From a virus (lineage: Duplodnaviria > Caudoviricetes): 64,000 nucleotides of DNA. Position numbers and translations under genes: made by a program. The DNA lies in IMG/VR virus record IMGVR_UViG_3300011008_000002; one strand, given 5' to 3'. This document shows, piece after piece, positions 29,303 to 38,415 of the stretch; within the stretch, counting starts at the first letter, position 1, and each line of letters starts with the position of its first letter. The notes under the pieces are model-generated. The model was not told where the DNA came from. It saw nothing but the letters and a program-made list of their open reading frames with translations, and ran no database searches.

Positions 29303-29346
29303 ACAAAAAAGAGACGAGACACCGAAATGCCTCGTCTCTTTTTTAT
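29303..29346. terminator. bidirectional intrinsic terminator
   Basis: AAAAAAGAGACGAG/CTCGTCTCTTTTTT hairpin. Confidence 0.75.
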
Positions 29347-29360
29347 GTCTTAATAGATAA

Positions 29361-30083
29361 TCAATAACTCCTGCCGCCACCGTTGTTATTCCCGTGCCTG
29401 CCATTCACCAAATTATTCCAATCAGTTGCAATACGGCTGTAGTCTGCGCCACTCTTACCGGATTGAGTCTTGTTCGCCGCAACCTTTGCAACCATAACAT
29501 TGAAATTATTTGTATTCGCAATCGGCGTGACGTGAATAATGGTAAAGTTAAACTGATCATCAGGAGTAACACCCATGACCATCATCATCACTTTCTGCCA
29601 ATCTAATTCCAATGATGCTAAACCACGGTTATGCTGCTCGCTCTTAATGTTCATAATCGGCTTGCCGTTATCACTCAACTTGCACAAAGGTTTGAACGTA
29701 TCATCGAACTCCTTTGATCTTCCGTAAAGTCCGGTCGAATTGTAACTGCCTCCGGCAACTGAAATCATGTTTATCCTGCCGTTTGGTCCCTGGTTATTTC
29801 CCTTCCCACGATAGTAAACGTTCTTACCATTCTGGGTCATGAAATATACCTTTACTGCAAGGTCACTCAAACCTGCTCCACTCCTCGACAATGCCGGCAT
29901 GAACATGACATTGTCAACTTCTGTGATGTGAAGATTATCACGGAAACGCTCCACTAATGCCTTGCCCATCTCATCGGTTGTAGTAGCATAAATCTTACCG
30001 ATAAGCGTCATAGGAATCAATGGATTTAATCCCTGAGCTCCACTTACTTTAGTTGCTCCATCTGTTGTTGCTGTACTTGACAT
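29361..30083 (-). CDS. hypothetical protein
   Basis: AAGGAGG RBS; TATATTAA motif upstream (~30152-30159). Confidence 0.65.
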   Translation of the reverse strand: MSSTATTDGATKVSGAQGLNPLIPMTLIGKIYATTTDEMGKALVERFRDNLHITEVDNVMFMPALSRSGAGLSDLAVKVYFMTQNGKNVYYRGKGNNQGPNGRINMISVAGGSYNSTGLYGRSKEFDDTFKPLCKLSDNGKPIMNIKSEQHNRGLASLELDWQKVMMMVMGVTPDDQFNFTIIHVTPIANTNNFNVMVAKVAANKTQSGKSGADYSRIATDWNNLVNGRHGNNNGGGRSY

Positions 30084-30199
30084 TATAATGTCCTCCTTTT
30101 TGAAAGATTTATTAGAAATGAGGTTTAACCGGTATCCTCAAATCTGTCATTTTAATATATAAACAAAATGGACATTGACCATTTAGTTTATCAATTGAT

Positions 30200-31168
30200 T
30201 TAGTAAACTGTATCATTCAGCCTACTAATTAATGAAGTGTATAACGTACTCATTTTATTACTTACCCAAGTTTCCCATTCTCTGTTTGGTGGGCAATATA
30301 CTGGACCTATCTGATAGACTGAATGTAAACCATTCTTTGAGACATAATTACTGGAAATGAGATTTCCCCAATACTGAGTGCAATCATACAATCCATTCCA
30401 GTATGTAGTTTTAACCATACCATAATAATTATGTTTATTCTTGGCTAAGTAAGAAGTTCCGTTACCAGACTCAAGAGAACTAACCGCAATACAGAATGCG
30501 GCATTAACAGAGTATGTTGCCTCTAAATCAATAAGAGTCTGTTCATTTCCTTCCCACCAAGTCCCTTGAGTTAAATACTTATAATCTTCAGCTTTTAACC
30601 CTGTGACAAGACTGACATTGGTCGGATCACAGACAATTGTTGATATATAATTCTTTCTATCGGCATTCTTTTTTTCCTCTGCTTTCTTAGCCTCTTCTTC
30701 CTTCCTACGTTTTTCTTCGGCTTTCTTTCGTTCTTCCTCAGCCTTACGTCTACTCTCTTCTTCAGCTTTACGTTCCTCTTCTAAACGTATTCGTTCAAGT
30801 TCTTTCTCATACTCAACCTCAATCTGATAAGCAATACTGTCTTCGATAGCTTGTTGAGCAGCTACATCTTCCTCAATCAAAGCTCTATCTGTGGCATCTT
30901 CCATATTAGGTACTATATCGTCAATTACACCGATATTCATATTATCAACACTAGCGGCTACAGAAGAGAGCGTAGTTGTTATTGCTTCCTGCGAAACAGT
31001 AAACTCTGTAACAGGAATATTACTACCGATGCTTACTCCCGTTAATGCACCAGCCATCGGTTCTGATTCAGCACTTCCCCATAGTATTGACATTGAAAGA
31101 GCAAGTGCAGTTGAAAATATGACTACTTGATTGACTAGACTACTACCAACCTTCGATAATAAGTTCAT
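30200..31168 (-). CDS. secreted or anchored peptidoglycan hydrolase (GH73 glucosaminidase-like)
   Basis: Signal/TM segment, EK-rich coiled coil, C-terminal NAAFCIAVSSLESGNGTS..A..KHNYYG. Confidence 0.75.
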   Translation of the reverse strand: MNLLSKVGSSLVNQVVIFSTALALSMSILWGSAESEPMAGALTGVSIGSNIPVTEFTVSQEAITTTLSSVAASVDNMNIGVIDDIVPNMEDATDRALIEEDVAAQQAIEDSIAYQIEVEYEKELERIRLEEERKAEEESRRKAEEERKKAEEKRRKEEEAKKAEEKKNADRKNYISTIVCDPTNVSLVTGLKAEDYKYLTQGTWWEGNEQTLIDLEATYSVNAAFCIAVSSLESGNGTSYLAKNKHNYYGMVKTTYWNGLYDCTQYWGNLISSNYVSKNGLHSVYQIGPVYCPPNREWETWVSNKMSTLYTSLISRLNDTVY

Positions 31169-31243
31169 TGGATAAATCCTCCTTTAGATATTGATTTTTA
31201 ATAATTTCTTACCCTCTCATAAATCAATCGCTTGATTTAATAA

Positions 31244-31258
31244 TTAGGGTGGTCTCAT
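31244..31258 (-). CDS. candidate leader mini-ORF MRPP*
   Basis: GGAGG at 31267-31271, 8 nt upstream of ATG AGA CCA CCC TAA. Confidence 0.35.
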   Translation of the reverse strand: MRPP

Positions 31259-31376
31259 AAGCTTTACCTCCATTTACTATTGAGCTAGTTATAGAAAAAG
31301 TTATAAGAGGGAACTGAAACATTTCTGCGTCAATTCCCTCTTATGACCTGTTCTTAATATATACATTAAGCTCAAG

Positions 31377-33113
31377 TCAAACTTTTATATCCGCAATCAA
31401 ATTCTCGATGTAACTCTTAGCCTCTTCTTCCTGTGAAGGAAACTGATTAGGGTACATCTCTTTCAGCATATTGGAATAAACTGACACGTCTCGTTCGAGT
31501 GTTTCCTTTACAGAAACCAACTCTTGTGGTTCGATATCCCGGTATTTTGTTACTTCTTCATCAATAGTCTTTCGCAGAACCGTTTCTCTGGCAATGACAA
31601 CTAAAGCCCCATCGTAATCCCCATCTATCAACTTCCTATTAAAATCATCGTGGACCGTTTTCCCAAGACAAACGAGTTTGTCGAAAACCGCACGTCCCAT
31701 AATCTTTTCTGCCCGCTCAGTACCCGTTTTGGGGAGCTTAAAGCTGAATGGTATTGGAACCTTTGGTGAAGATGGGATATTAAGTCCATTTGACCCCGCA
31801 GGAAAATAATATGATGCTATTTCGATTTGAGGATCAAAAGAATTAATCTCTTGAAATAACTTCTGTGTATCACTGTCAGATAATAAGTAATCTGTTACTA
31901 ACCCTACTTTTTTGGAATTCACATATTCCGAAAATTTCTTAGCACTTGAGTTACTTACGAACTCTACGTATCCATCCAATGCCCAAGATACCCTGTCAGG
32001 ATGAGTATTCGATATTTCAAAAGCGGATGAACTGTTGTTCTCTACGTAATCGGCTAACTGTTTAAGCCTAGTTGTTAGAGTGTTTAATTGTGCTAAATAA
32101 CGAAGTTCTCCCTCAGAGAGAATTCGTTTACCCGGAGCATTGTACTTCGGGTTATTATATTTCAAACATTCAACCATATACGCCACTACTAACATCTGTG
32201 AAAAGAATATTGTAGTAGGATAATGATTTTCAGATCTACGAATGATAGTATCCAAGTAATCATTCGTACTATTGAGTATATAGAATGCAGTTACAGTATC
32301 TAGCTCGGATAATCCTCTGAGATATTCAATGGTCGCATTCACAACTCCCAAATTAGCTGAGTTTGAGAGAAATGATGATGGATGGAAAAACCGATTACCA
32401 ATGTCATCCGGACTCTTGATGTTTATTTTCTTTAACAAATCACAATGGTTCTCGTCATCTGTTAATTGAATAAAACATCTGGTATCGTTCAAATGAGCGA
32501 CATCTTTACAGAGTTTTGTGATTTCATCAATATTCGGAATCAAATCCTTTAATGTTAATGACGGGTAATTTGCACCACTGTTTTCTTTTTCAGGAGCACC
32601 CAAGCGTTCAAGAATCATCTTTTCCGCTCCCATTAACTCAAGCATTTGTCCATCAAGTAGACCTTCCAACTGGTTCGACTCCAGTAGGTCATAGCGTTCC
32701 ATTGTACTCAGAATGACTATCTCATCTGCACGAGATATGTCTATAACATTCTCACTCACATTAATTTCTCTGTTGTCTATAGTTTCATTTTTTGAAGAAC
32801 CATAAACCCTTAATGAATTAGCAAGTACTGATAAGAACTCAGTGAATGTACTTTCATCTAATGCTGTACAAATCTCATCAACCATAGCGCAAAACTGGTT
32901 TACATAATCTTCCAACTTTTCATTGGAAAAGTTAAACTTGTCAATGAATTTTGACTTTAATGTTGATGTAATTATAGGGATATACTCATCATGCTCACTA
33001 TCATCTATATTAGAAGTGAACTTATCCCAAATTGAAGATATGCGATCGGGCTCTGACAAAATGTCAGAGCTCAGTAACACGTCTCTTGTAGCTGTACTAT
33101 CGAATAACGACAT
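31377..33113 (-). CDS. hypothetical protein
   Basis: AAGGAGG RBS before ATG 33113; overlaps the end of the polyprotein gene. Confidence 0.65.
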   Translation of the reverse strand: MSLFDSTATRDVLLSSDILSEPDRISSIWDKFTSNIDDSEHDEYIPIITSTLKSKFIDKFNFSNEKLEDYVNQFCAMVDEICTALDESTFTEFLSVLANSLRVYGSSKNETIDNREINVSENVIDISRADEIVILSTMERYDLLESNQLEGLLDGQMLELMGAEKMILERLGAPEKENSGANYPSLTLKDLIPNIDEITKLCKDVAHLNDTRCFIQLTDDENHCDLLKKINIKSPDDIGNRFFHPSSFLSNSANLGVVNATIEYLRGLSELDTVTAFYILNSTNDYLDTIIRRSENHYPTTIFFSQMLVVAYMVECLKYNNPKYNAPGKRILSEGELRYLAQLNTLTTRLKQLADYVENNSSSAFEISNTHPDRVSWALDGYVEFVSNSSAKKFSEYVNSKKVGLVTDYLLSDSDTQKLFQEINSFDPQIEIASYYFPAGSNGLNIPSSPKVPIPFSFKLPKTGTERAEKIMGRAVFDKLVCLGKTVHDDFNRKLIDGDYDGALVVIARETVLRKTIDEEVTKYRDIEPQELVSVKETLERDVSVYSNMLKEMYPNQFPSQEEEAKSYIENLIADIKV

Positions 33114-36100
33114 CTTTGAACCCTCCTTCCTCAATCTTCTCCTCTACGAGTTTATCAATCACTTTGACATCGTAATTTTTTAGTATTCCTGTTTTGATGA
33201 AAATGAAATTTTGGTTTTTCGCAAAATGATAAGGAGAAGTTAAATAGGGTTGAGTCTTGATAAGGTTACGATTACCTGCATTGATTGCAGAGGCAACAAA
33301 CTCAGAACAGAAGAACTTATCTTCTCTTTCGGAACCTCTTCCGAATATGAAGTTAGTTAATCCGAGTACATTGTATTTGTAATCTATACGTTTATCAAGC
33401 ATTGATCCAACAAAGTTCCTGATGGAATCGTACTCTTGTGCAGTAGCCATATACATATATAAAGAATATCTAACATTAGCTGCGTTCTTTTTGTATACGG
33501 ACTTATTGATATCCTCAACGACCATACCATCTCGATTAAACGATACCATATTATCAAGATTGGTATCAAACGATATACTCGAATGAGCATATGGGTCATG
33601 GGTAAATGCTTTAATAAGTTTCGCCATATTGGAACCTGTATAGGAGAGGAAGATGAATACTGGGAAATATCGCCCCTCATCTTTCATCGCTTCTATATAA
33701 GAAGCTTCCTGAACTGAACTAGTCAGCTCATATTCTCTATTACCAAGCCCAAGTTTATGAGCTGCTTCAATTGTATGAATACCTTTGCGACTTTCAATGC
33801 GCTCAATAAGTGCATATTTTCCGTTATCATTCGATTTATAAACAGCATCTATACAAGCTTGATCAACAGCAATCGGATCAGTTGATGCAAATATTCCGAT
33901 ATCCCCCATTTCAGGATCGTGGGGATGTGCATCACAATCACAATCTACACTTAGTTTATTCGCTACGTTAATATACACGATGTTCTCTGGACCCATAAAC
34001 TCCATAACGGACTTATCCGCATCTGCCATAGACTCTTGAAATTCAGAACGATCATGTGACATTAATTCATCAAACGTAGACCCAGTTCCTGCCGTATGGA
34101 TATTAGTTTTACCATGAGCCGAAGCGATGCCTATTGACATATTTTTCAATGCTCCACCGTACCCAGCCATAGCATGTCCCTTGAAATGAGATAATACAAT
34201 CATAGAATCAAATTCTTTCAAACCTTTTCCTACAAAGTTCTCTGTCAGATGAAAACCATCTTTCACGGGAATAGAAATCTCACCATATTCATCCATAAGT
34301 ATACATGGAGCTATATCTGCAAATCCATGATCTTTAATAGCTTTCCAATGATCTTCTGGAGTGTTTCGTTTCCCAGGATAAGCAGTATTACATTCTACGA
34401 TAGTACCATTAACTTCTTTGATAAGATCTTTAATTAACGATGGTTGTAAGAAATTATGCCCACCGGGTTCTCCTGTTGATATCTTAACAGCAACTTTACC
34501 AGGAAGATTAACACCAAGTACATGATACATTTGTACTAATGACTCTGGAGTGATTTCATTAGTATAATATACTTTTGATACATTCAGATTTGTAGACTCT
34601 GTAACAGATTGCTTAGAAAAATATTCTAACCATTTCTTAATCTTCTTTTCAGAATCTGCATATGCACTTGCGCGTCCTTTATGCGTCATGATCTGTAAGA
34701 ACGCAATAAATCTACCTATACGTCCTTTTGCATCAGCAGAATCTCTTATAGCACTACGTATCTGAGATAACAAAGATGAGGTGCCCTTAATATAGACTGC
34801 ATAATCTTTTAGTTCATTTGGTTCATATACCCAATAAAGTTCAACACCCTCAACAATAATTTTCTCATTCTTGTGAGATGATGCATACTTGATTGCATAA
34901 GATACGAAACCTCTAATAAGTTTTCGTTCTATTTCTTCAGTATATTCTTCCGCTGATTTAAGCTTTCGAAATTCTTTACCGGGTCCATTAAAGAACCCAC
35001 TGATTACTGGTCCGTATTCCTTCAAATTCTCATCAGAAAAATTCTGTTGAATCAATAGGTCATCTAACTGATAAAAGTCTTTTGTAATACCACCAGCCAT
35101 AGTTGTTTTACCTGAACCAGATAACCCAGTAATGAAACAAATGTTAATATCTCCATTATCGAACGCTTCTTTATTATAGTAGATATCTTTATCATTAAAA
35201 ATCTGGCTTTCCGTTATAGGAAGATGAATTCCTCTACCATTTGTCATAAAGAGCATATGTTCACTTTTATCAATTGATGTATCCTCTTTCCAACCATTCT
35301 TTTTGTAAAGATTGATTGCAACTTCATTGTTTTTGGCTACTGATAAATGAGTGGCGTTTAGTTCGTTCTCAGCAATTTTCAGTAGCTGTTTTGACAACCC
35401 GTATCCTCTATAATCGGGAGATACATAAAGAGCCTGGATCCATTTCTTAGAACCACCGAAATCAACGGCTACATAAGCAACCAATTCATTCTGTTCAAAC
35501 CAAAGATATCCGTTCGCACCGTCTACTCGAATATGCTTCAAATGAGGATAACGTACCTTATATTTGTCTATAGTAGTTTTATTGATAGCCATCTTTGTGA
35601 ACTCAGACAACTGTCTACTACCTTTCGCCTGAAAATCCTGTATCATTGTAGAAGATAATGATAACTCCATTATTACATCATTATCTGTAAGGTACATATA
35701 CTTCATTCCTGGCTTACCATCAGAAACCTTCTTTTCAACAAATCCATATTTCTTATACATACGAATTGCGATATCATTGTCTTGTCTTACCGTAAGAGCT
35801 TCTCCACCAAGTTCCTTTACTGCGTAATCTAAAACTTGATTTCCTAACCCATATCCTCGATAATCTTCGCCCACTACTAAATCATAAATCCAATAAGGAT
35901 GCTTTGATGTATCGAGTGCAACCATAGCAACAACTTTATTCTTCTTTCTATCTAACCAGACACTACCATCTTTAGACAAAGATACAAACTTTAATTCTTC
36001 AACTCCTGCTTCTACCAATTTCTTTACAACAGGAGAATCAGATGGTACCACAAGAAAATCTTTAAGATTCATACGACCTTTGGGTTTAAAACCTTCAGTC

Positions 36101-37812
36101 AAAACAGTTGCTGTCTCAGCCATCTGATTAGGTACGTTCCTGTAATCTAATTCTTCACCAGCTTCTGTTAAATCTGGTTTGTGAATTACTGGACGAACAG
36201 GGTCTTTAGCAGATTCTACAATCTGCTCCTCCCATTCATATAACCATTCATATAGTTTCGCAACTTTATCTTCACCGTATTCATATATAGTACCCTCATC
36301 ACGTTTTACACTAATAACATGAATAATACCGATTTTCATGAGTTTTACAGGTTCCTCAATCCACTTTTCATGAGTAATATGACAATCGGGAACATATCGT
36401 GGCTTTTGAGGATTCGTATTCTGCGTATCATGATAGATATGCTGACCTACAGGTTGATGTACATAATAGGTTTTTCCAGCACAGTTCTGAGATAACGCAG
36501 TAATACAATCATCCACAGTTGGACAAAAGCAAACACGTTTCGTTCGGTTATCTTCATATCCATTTTCTGTCATAAAATTTGATGGAACTGTGGGACGCAA
36601 CGTATGCCCATCTAAATTTTGTTCAGATATATGGAATAACTTCTGACCCTCAATTGTTGCTTCAAATGCAGGTTGTCCACCATTGTTCATATAATCTAAG
36701 AAACGATTTATTTCTTTTAAAGCTTTCTTAGCTTCGTATCTCATTCGACTATCTTCTTCATTATCTCTATTTATAACACCCTTTAGATAGTCGCTGACGT
36801 TATTCAGTTCATTTTCGAGCTGAATCCACTCTGCCTCATTGAGATTTTCATGAAATATCTTATTTCGATATGTATAAATCAAGTCATCGTAGTTAAGCAT
36901 TGGGTCTACCAGAGCACGATTTCTTCCGATTATATTCAATTTCTTTTTTGCATGGTCGACCCCTTCAAAGATTTGAACGTCTTTGGTAACTCCAACAGCT
37001 TCTAACGAGGGTTCTAACTTACTCTCCCATTTAGGTAAAGGACAATTATCTTCAGCTTTAAGCCTAGATAACATAGCAAAAAACTCACTGTAGTCTTTAT
37101 TACAGATTTTGATATAGTTTACCTGCCCCTTAAGAGAGTCCATAACCTGATCTTTGAGTCTCTCTTTCACCTTATCAACCGCTTGGATTTTAGGATGCTT
37201 ATTAGGATTATCTCCCCCATCCTTTAATTCAATCTCAAGGTTCAGCGAAGTCGAATATGCGTCAGGAATATAAAAGTGATCCTGACCTTCATAATTATAA
37301 TAGTAAGTATGAGGTGATGGAGCTATTATATCGGCACCATCCCAACTAAGAAATGTATCAATCATTTCAAAGAAGTCTTTACCATAACTACTATCATACA
37401 TAGCCTCATATTTCTTACCAGTCTCTTCATCGACAAATACATATTTGCCACTACTTTTCTTACCGTAAACCATCTTCTTCTGCTGTTCAGGATTGTTTAT
37501 GGAATACGGTTTTCCATGTAGTCCAATGTAATTCTTCTGAGCTAATTCATAAGCCTTCTTCTTGCAGGCTTCTTCACCGCACATCCTATTATACTTACCA
37601 GTCGCATTGTTCCATCCAGTAATTTTCTTACAATAGATACAATGACCTTCTGTCTTTCCAGTGCGGAGATAATTTTCAAATCTAGCAGCATTCCACCCAT
37701 CGGGTATAGAAGATGCATGTTCTTTCTCTATATGGTCAATCAAAGATTGCTTGTTCATAAACTTTTTCTCACAAAGTTTGCACTTTGTCGGTCTAGGCTT
37801 CTTAGTAGACAT
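33097..37812 (-). CDS. multi-enzyme polyprotein: C2H2 Zn finger + PD-(D/E)xK nuclease, helical domain, ART-like domain, two GNATs, P-loop kinase, DUF362, permuted papain-like amidase
   Basis: CKLC...H...H; YIPD...EIELK; LFHIS...RVCFC...E.W; two V..DYRGYGL...A..[ML]YKK.G GNATs; ITGLSGSGKTT; KVAVK.STGE...HFKGH...GGALKN...DCDC; AHSSISFD...FFCSEFVA. Confidence 0.8.
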   Translation of the reverse strand: MSTKKPRPTKCKLCEKKFMNKQSLIDHIEKEHASSIPDGWNAARFENYLRTGKTEGHCIYCKKITGWNNATGKYNRMCGEEACKKKAYELAQKNYIGLHGKPYSINNPEQQKKMVYGKKSSGKYVFVDEETGKKYEAMYDSSYGKDFFEMIDTFLSWDGADIIAPSPHTYYYNYEGQDHFYIPDAYSTSLNLEIELKDGGDNPNKHPKIQAVDKVKERLKDQVMDSLKGQVNYIKICNKDYSEFFAMLSRLKAEDNCPLPKWESKLEPSLEAVGVTKDVQIFEGVDHAKKKLNIIGRNRALVDPMLNYDDLIYTYRNKIFHENLNEAEWIQLENELNNVSDYLKGVINRDNEEDSRMRYEAKKALKEINRFLDYMNNGGQPAFEATIEGQKLFHISEQNLDGHTLRPTVPSNFMTENGYEDNRTKRVCFCPTVDDCITALSQNCAGKTYYVHQPVGQHIYHDTQNTNPQKPRYVPDCHITHEKWIEEPVKLMKIGIIHVISVKRDEGTIYEYGEDKVAKLYEWLYEWEEQIVESAKDPVRPVIHKPDLTEAGEELDYRNVPNQMAETATVLTEGFKPKGRMNLKDFLVVPSDSPVVKKLVEAGVEELKFVSLSKDGSVWLDRKKNKVVAMVALDTSKHPYWIYDLVVGEDYRGYGLGNQVLDYAVKELGGEALTVRQDNDIAIRMYKKYGFVEKKVSDGKPGMKYMYLTDNDVIMELSLSSTMIQDFQAKGSRQLSEFTKMAINKTTIDKYKVRYPHLKHIRVDGANGYLWFEQNELVAYVAVDFGGSKKWIQALYVSPDYRGYGLSKQLLKIAENELNATHLSVAKNNEVAINLYKKNGWKEDTSIDKSEHMLFMTNGRGIHLPITESQIFNDKDIYYNKEAFDNGDINICFITGLSGSGKTTMAGGITKDFYQLDDLLIQQNFSDENLKEYGPVISGFFNGPGKEFRKLKSAEEYTEEIERKLIRGFVSYAIKYASSHKNEKIIVEGVELYWVYEPNELKDYAVYIKGTSSLLSQIRSAIRDSADAKGRIGRFIAFLQIMTHKGRASAYADSEKKIKKWLEYFSKQSVTESTNLNVSKVYYTNEITPESLVQMYHVLGVNLPGKVAVKISTGEPGGHNFLQPSLIKDLIKEVNGTIVECNTAYPGKRNTPEDHWKAIKDHGFADIAPCILMDEYGEISIPVKDGFHLTENFVGKGLKEFDSMIVLSHFKGHAMAGYGGALKNMSIGIASAHGKTNIHTAGTGSTFDELMSHDRSEFQESMADADKSVMEFMGPENIVYINVANKLSVDCDCDAHPHDPEMGDIGIFASTDPIAVDQACIDAVYKSNDNGKYALIERIESRKGIHTIEAAHKLGLGNREYELTSSVQEASYIEAMKDEGRYFPVFIFLSYTGSNMAKLIKAFTHDPYAHSSISFDTNLDNMVSFNRDGMVVEDINKSVYKKNAANVRYSLYMYMATAQEYDSIRNFVGSMLDKRIDYKYNVLGLTNFIFGRGSEREDKFFCSEFVASAINAGNRNLIKTQPYLTSPYHFAKNQNFIFIKTGILKNYDVKVIDKLVEEKIEEGGFKDVVIR

Positions 37813-37870
37813 ATAAAGATATCTCCTTTCTATTTGAATTCACAAGTGGTTATATAGAAACCCTTGTGGC

Positions 37871-37882
37871 TTACTTTTTTGT
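37871..37882 (-). promoter_or_regulatory. putative late promoter of the polyprotein gene
   Basis: ACAA-AAAAG-TAA on the minus strand, the same motif found before structural genes. Confidence 0.6.
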
Positions 37883-37965
37883 GGACAATACCAGTAATAT
37901 GTAGATTAAGGCAATATAAGAAATGCACAGGTCACAATAAATTAAAGAAACGGGGTGTTTGACTT

Positions 37966-38388
37966 ATGACAGGTAGAGAAATTAACTTCAAAACGGATAA
38001 ATATAATAATCCGGTGTATCTTTCCAAAAGAGAATCAGTGGCTCAAGTAATCCAAAATGCTCTATTTATGAAACTCGGAAATAATCCGAGTCATCCAGAT
38101 AGAGGTGTTGATATAGAACAGTATCTGAATAAACCTGTCGATATGGTTGACAACATGAAAATACTGACTGATTTACGACACACCTGCGGTTCAGATATGG
38201 TTGGTAACGAAATTCAGTCTTTGAGTTTTGATGTTGTCAGATTAGAGACAGGCGATGAGGTAGCTTTGATACTTATTCGATTATCAATAGACAATACGGA
38301 AGACATGATGGCTATTGTCATTCAAAAGAGGAAAGATAACGTTGTCCGTTACAATTATAATTTCATTAACGAAGACGTACCCGTATAA
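37966..38388 (+). CDS. gp25-like baseplate wedge/sheath-initiator protein
   Basis: LFMKLGNNPSHPDRGVDIEQYL matches the GPW/gp25 pattern; ACAA-N5-TAA at 37934-37945. Confidence 0.7.
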   Translation: MTGREINFKTDKYNNPVYLSKRESVAQVIQNALFMKLGNNPSHPDRGVDIEQYLNKPVDMVDNMKILTDLRHTCGSDMVGNEIQSLSFDVVRLETGDEVALILIRLSIDNTEDMMAIVIQKRKDNVVRYNYNFINEDVPV

Positions 38389-38415
38389 AATCTTTTGAAA
38401 GGAGGGCGTTGGTGT

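Noticed and set aside
30670-30800. Repeat-like DNA in the hydrolase gene
   Set aside because: It simply encodes the EERKAEEE coiled coil and is not an independent repeat element
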